Under the pieces are notes generated by a model. That model had not been told where the DNA came from. It saw only the letters and a program-made list of their open reading frames with translations, and searched no databases. A stretch of 35,945 bases of DNA from the IMG/VR virus record IMGVR_UViG_3300046779_000966, positions 1 to 35,945 of that record. One strand, given 5' to 3'. This document shows, in pieces, positions 34,384 to 35,945 of the stretch. A program made the position numbers and the translations under genes. Numbering within the stretch: position 1 is the stretch's first letter; each line of letters begins with the position of its first letter. Source of the stretch: a virus. Taxonomy: Duplodnaviria > Caudoviricetes.

Positions 34384-34642
34384 TTCTTTTCCTTTCCTAA
34401 CTAAATAAATACTAACAGATGGCACGGACATTGAACAACTCGACACGCCGTAGTGGATCGATCTTTTTTATTTATTTGGCTGGCACCAGTAGCTAGCTGT
34501 GGTCGCACTATATATTTGGGTTTTGTGGCGTAGAACGTGTATCATACATCTCTAAAAAATATTCAGATTTTTCCAAATATAAAATTTTTCAGATTTTGCA
34601 CGGTATGAAATGTAACAGAATTATAACAAATCTATATTTGTA

Positions 34643-34891
34643 TCACTCTACTGATACATTTATAGCTTTATCCTTAGCATATCTCCAGCGGTACGAATGA
34701 TTAAACGATCTTTGATATCTCAAGAAAGCAGCTCTCCTCTGATCATATTCATAAATCCTGGGGTATGGATTATCTGATGTCCTAACAGGTGTAGAGAAAT
34801 GCCTCTTAGCTGCCTTATATGCTAAAGCCCTAACGTATTTATCACTAGGTTCGAAGTAATATTTGATAAATTTGATAATTCTCATTAGCAT
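34643..34891 (-). CDS. hypothetical basic protein
   Basis: ORF track. Confidence 0.55.
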   Translation of the reverse strand: MLMRIIKFIKYYFEPSDKYVRALAYKAAKRHFSTPVRTSDNPYPRIYEYDQRRAAFLRYQRSFNHSYRWRYAKDKAINVSVE

Positions 34892-34934
34892 GGTTTAAAC
34901 TTTCGACGGTATTGGGTCAAGCTTGCTTGATCCC

Positions 34935-35534
34935 TTATCCCACAAAGCTCGCTACAGAATATCTAACACCTTCAATTACAGGATGCACAATATGATTGTA
35001 TACGTGGTTAGAGGGGAAAAGAAGCATAGAATTAGGTTCTGGCTTGATCTTTAGTTCAAATCGTGGAAACTCCAACTCTCCTCCTGAATATGTATCATTC
35101 ATAAAGTAGACGGTAGACACTCTTCTGATGCGGTCTGGGTGGTCATCGATGTGTTCTGCAAAGTGCTGACCTCTTTGATATCTCAAAATAGAATACGACT
35201 CGTGTTTTGACATCAAAGCCTTGTACTCTTTAGCATACTCAAGTTCGTGTTGCCCAAAGAACATTGTAAAGATAGAGTTCATTCTATCCTGAAAGGAAAG
35301 ATCTGGGATATTTGGGTCTTGGTACATGTAGTTATGGGGAATACCAATGATATGTGTATCTCTTACGCTGTCGTTTGTAGACCGTTCGTTTTCTTCATAA
35401 GATCTTACGTCTGCCTTTTCCCAGTCTACCTGCCCCATTTGCACGGACATTTCAATGTAAGGAATGAGCTGCTCATACCCTGGGATTACGTCACGAACCA
35501 GGACAATGCCTGGAGCTAGAGTTTCTTTTTTCAT
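34935..35534 (-). CDS. 2OG-Fe(II) oxygenase (prolyl-4-hydroxylase-like)
   Basis: LRY..GQ.F..HID, S.V.FMND.Y.GGEL.F, FPSN..Y.H.V.PV..G.RYS. Confidence 0.9.
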   Translation of the reverse strand: MKKETLAPGIVLVRDVIPGYEQLIPYIEMSVQMGQVDWEKADVRSYEENERSTNDSVRDTHIIGIPHNYMYQDPNIPDLSFQDRMNSIFTMFFGQHELEYAKEYKALMSKHESYSILRYQRGQHFAEHIDDHPDRIRRVSTVYFMNDTYSGGELEFPRFELKIKPEPNSMLLFPSNHVYNHIVHPVIEGVRYSVASFVG

Positions 35535-35536
35535 AC

Positions 35537-35737
35537 CTACCACTTTCCAATTGGACACTTTGCGTTTAGGAGAGTAGTTTTCAAATGCATAAAGCACCCA
35601 CACTTACGACATTTCTGCAATGCCTTGTTAAGCCACGGACACTGGTTACAAATAGCCAGCCTGTCATCGATAATCTCTTTATCGGACCTAGGCTGGTTTG
35701 GATCAAACAGGTCTAAAAACTTTACATCGTCTCCCAT
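35537..35737 (-). CDS. small Cys-rich protein (R..IC..CP...C..CGCFM..KT.....CP.GKW)
   Basis: Cys pattern; leaderless after TGATATCAT. Confidence 0.75.
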   Translation of the reverse strand: MGDDVKFLDLFDPNQPRSDKEIIDDRLAICNQCPWLNKALQKCRKCGCFMHLKTTLLNAKCPIGKW

Positions 35738-35892
35738 GTATCAATGATATCACGAAAACCGAGAATGTGTCCACATATTGCACTTTTAGTGCATGGGTGT
35801 GGATGGGTCCTCTATTTTACCGCCGTGATAAAACCTCTATTTTGCCGAGAACTTTACCGCCGAGTTTAAAAATGTTATATAATTAAAGATAT

Positions 35893-35945
35893 ATGTCAAT
35901 AGAATCCTGGGTCGGCATTATAGTCGGAGTATCAACAATAATTGC
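35893..35945 (+). CDS. 3'-truncated membrane protein start (MSIESWVGIIVGVSTII)
   Basis: ATG after TATAAT; runs off the window. Confidence 0.45.
   Translation, partial: MSIESWVGIIVGVSTII

Larger units (their letters stand above)
20449..34430 (-). promoter_or_regulatory. ~26 promoters TGTCNN-N10-(T/C)ANNNT (PafBC/RecA-NDp-like)
   Basis: 22-bp sites spanning 20449, 23778, 24478, 24919, 26142, 27039, 28029, 28282, 29258, 29695, 29937, 30113, 30856, 31060, 31647, 31920, 32175, 32395, 32562, 32885, 33100, 33301, 33704, 33813, 34115, 34409 (lower coordinates), each just upstream of a minus-strand gene. Confidence 0.85.
19990..34465. repeat. dispersed composite intergenic node: GGG-N16/17-CGTAA ... 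GATC ... RGCGCY(CCCGAAGGG)
   Basis: Copies near 20024-20136, 23057-23138, 24951-25040, 26179-26255, 27469-27510, 28319-28377, 29293-29356, 30143-30206, 31087-31146, 31380-31446, 32203-32265, 32592-32660, 33361-33453, 33843-33930; partial at 34441-34463. Confidence 0.85.

Noticed and set aside
24891-34446. Long N-terminal extensions beginning MSD/MSE/MSV in track ORFs (e.g. 26170, 28051, 31082, 34137, 34446)
   Set aside because: These ATGs are part of or next to the ATGTC promoter box; true starts follow the downstream RBS
23057-34465. Repeated nodes as a CRISPR array or integron attC cassettes
   Set aside because: Repeats are degenerate and separated by whole genes of variable length; no GTTRRRY/RYYYAAC ends and no cas or integrase in the window

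Overview
This window is a fragment of a large, moderately AT-rich tailed-phage genome, most likely infecting a freshwater actinobacterium. That host call is inferred from WhiB, an FmdB zinc ribbon, an MSMEG_6728-like glycosylase, AGAAAGG ribosome-binding sites and many leaderless genes. The left 19 kb holds the end of a coiled-coil gene, holin-like genes, an M23-LysM endolysin, six tRNAs, two or three candidate structured ncRNAs, and auxiliary genes (thermonuclease, WhiB, glycosyltransferase fusion, Hsp20 with a ROSE-like leader, JmjC and 2OG-Fe(II) oxygenases, Stealth-like protein, dNMP kinase, ThyX, GroES, NrdH, thioredoxins). From about 20.1 to 34.5 kb there is a co-oriented minus-strand array of ~45 small early-type genes, including DUF932 and a Gp88-like protein. 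The array is the most interesting part, for three reasons. (1) About 26 promoters of form TGTCNN-N10-TANNNT match the actinobacterial PafBC/RecA-NDp DNA-damage promoter. (2) Its coding sequence is stripped of GATC, while GATC, GCGC and AGCT palindromes are packed into ~14 repeated intergenic nodes that also carry GGG-N16/17-CGTAA and GACAC(GCC) motifs. (3) A covarying H-type pseudoknot recurs just after stop codons. All calls were read by eye, with no database searches.
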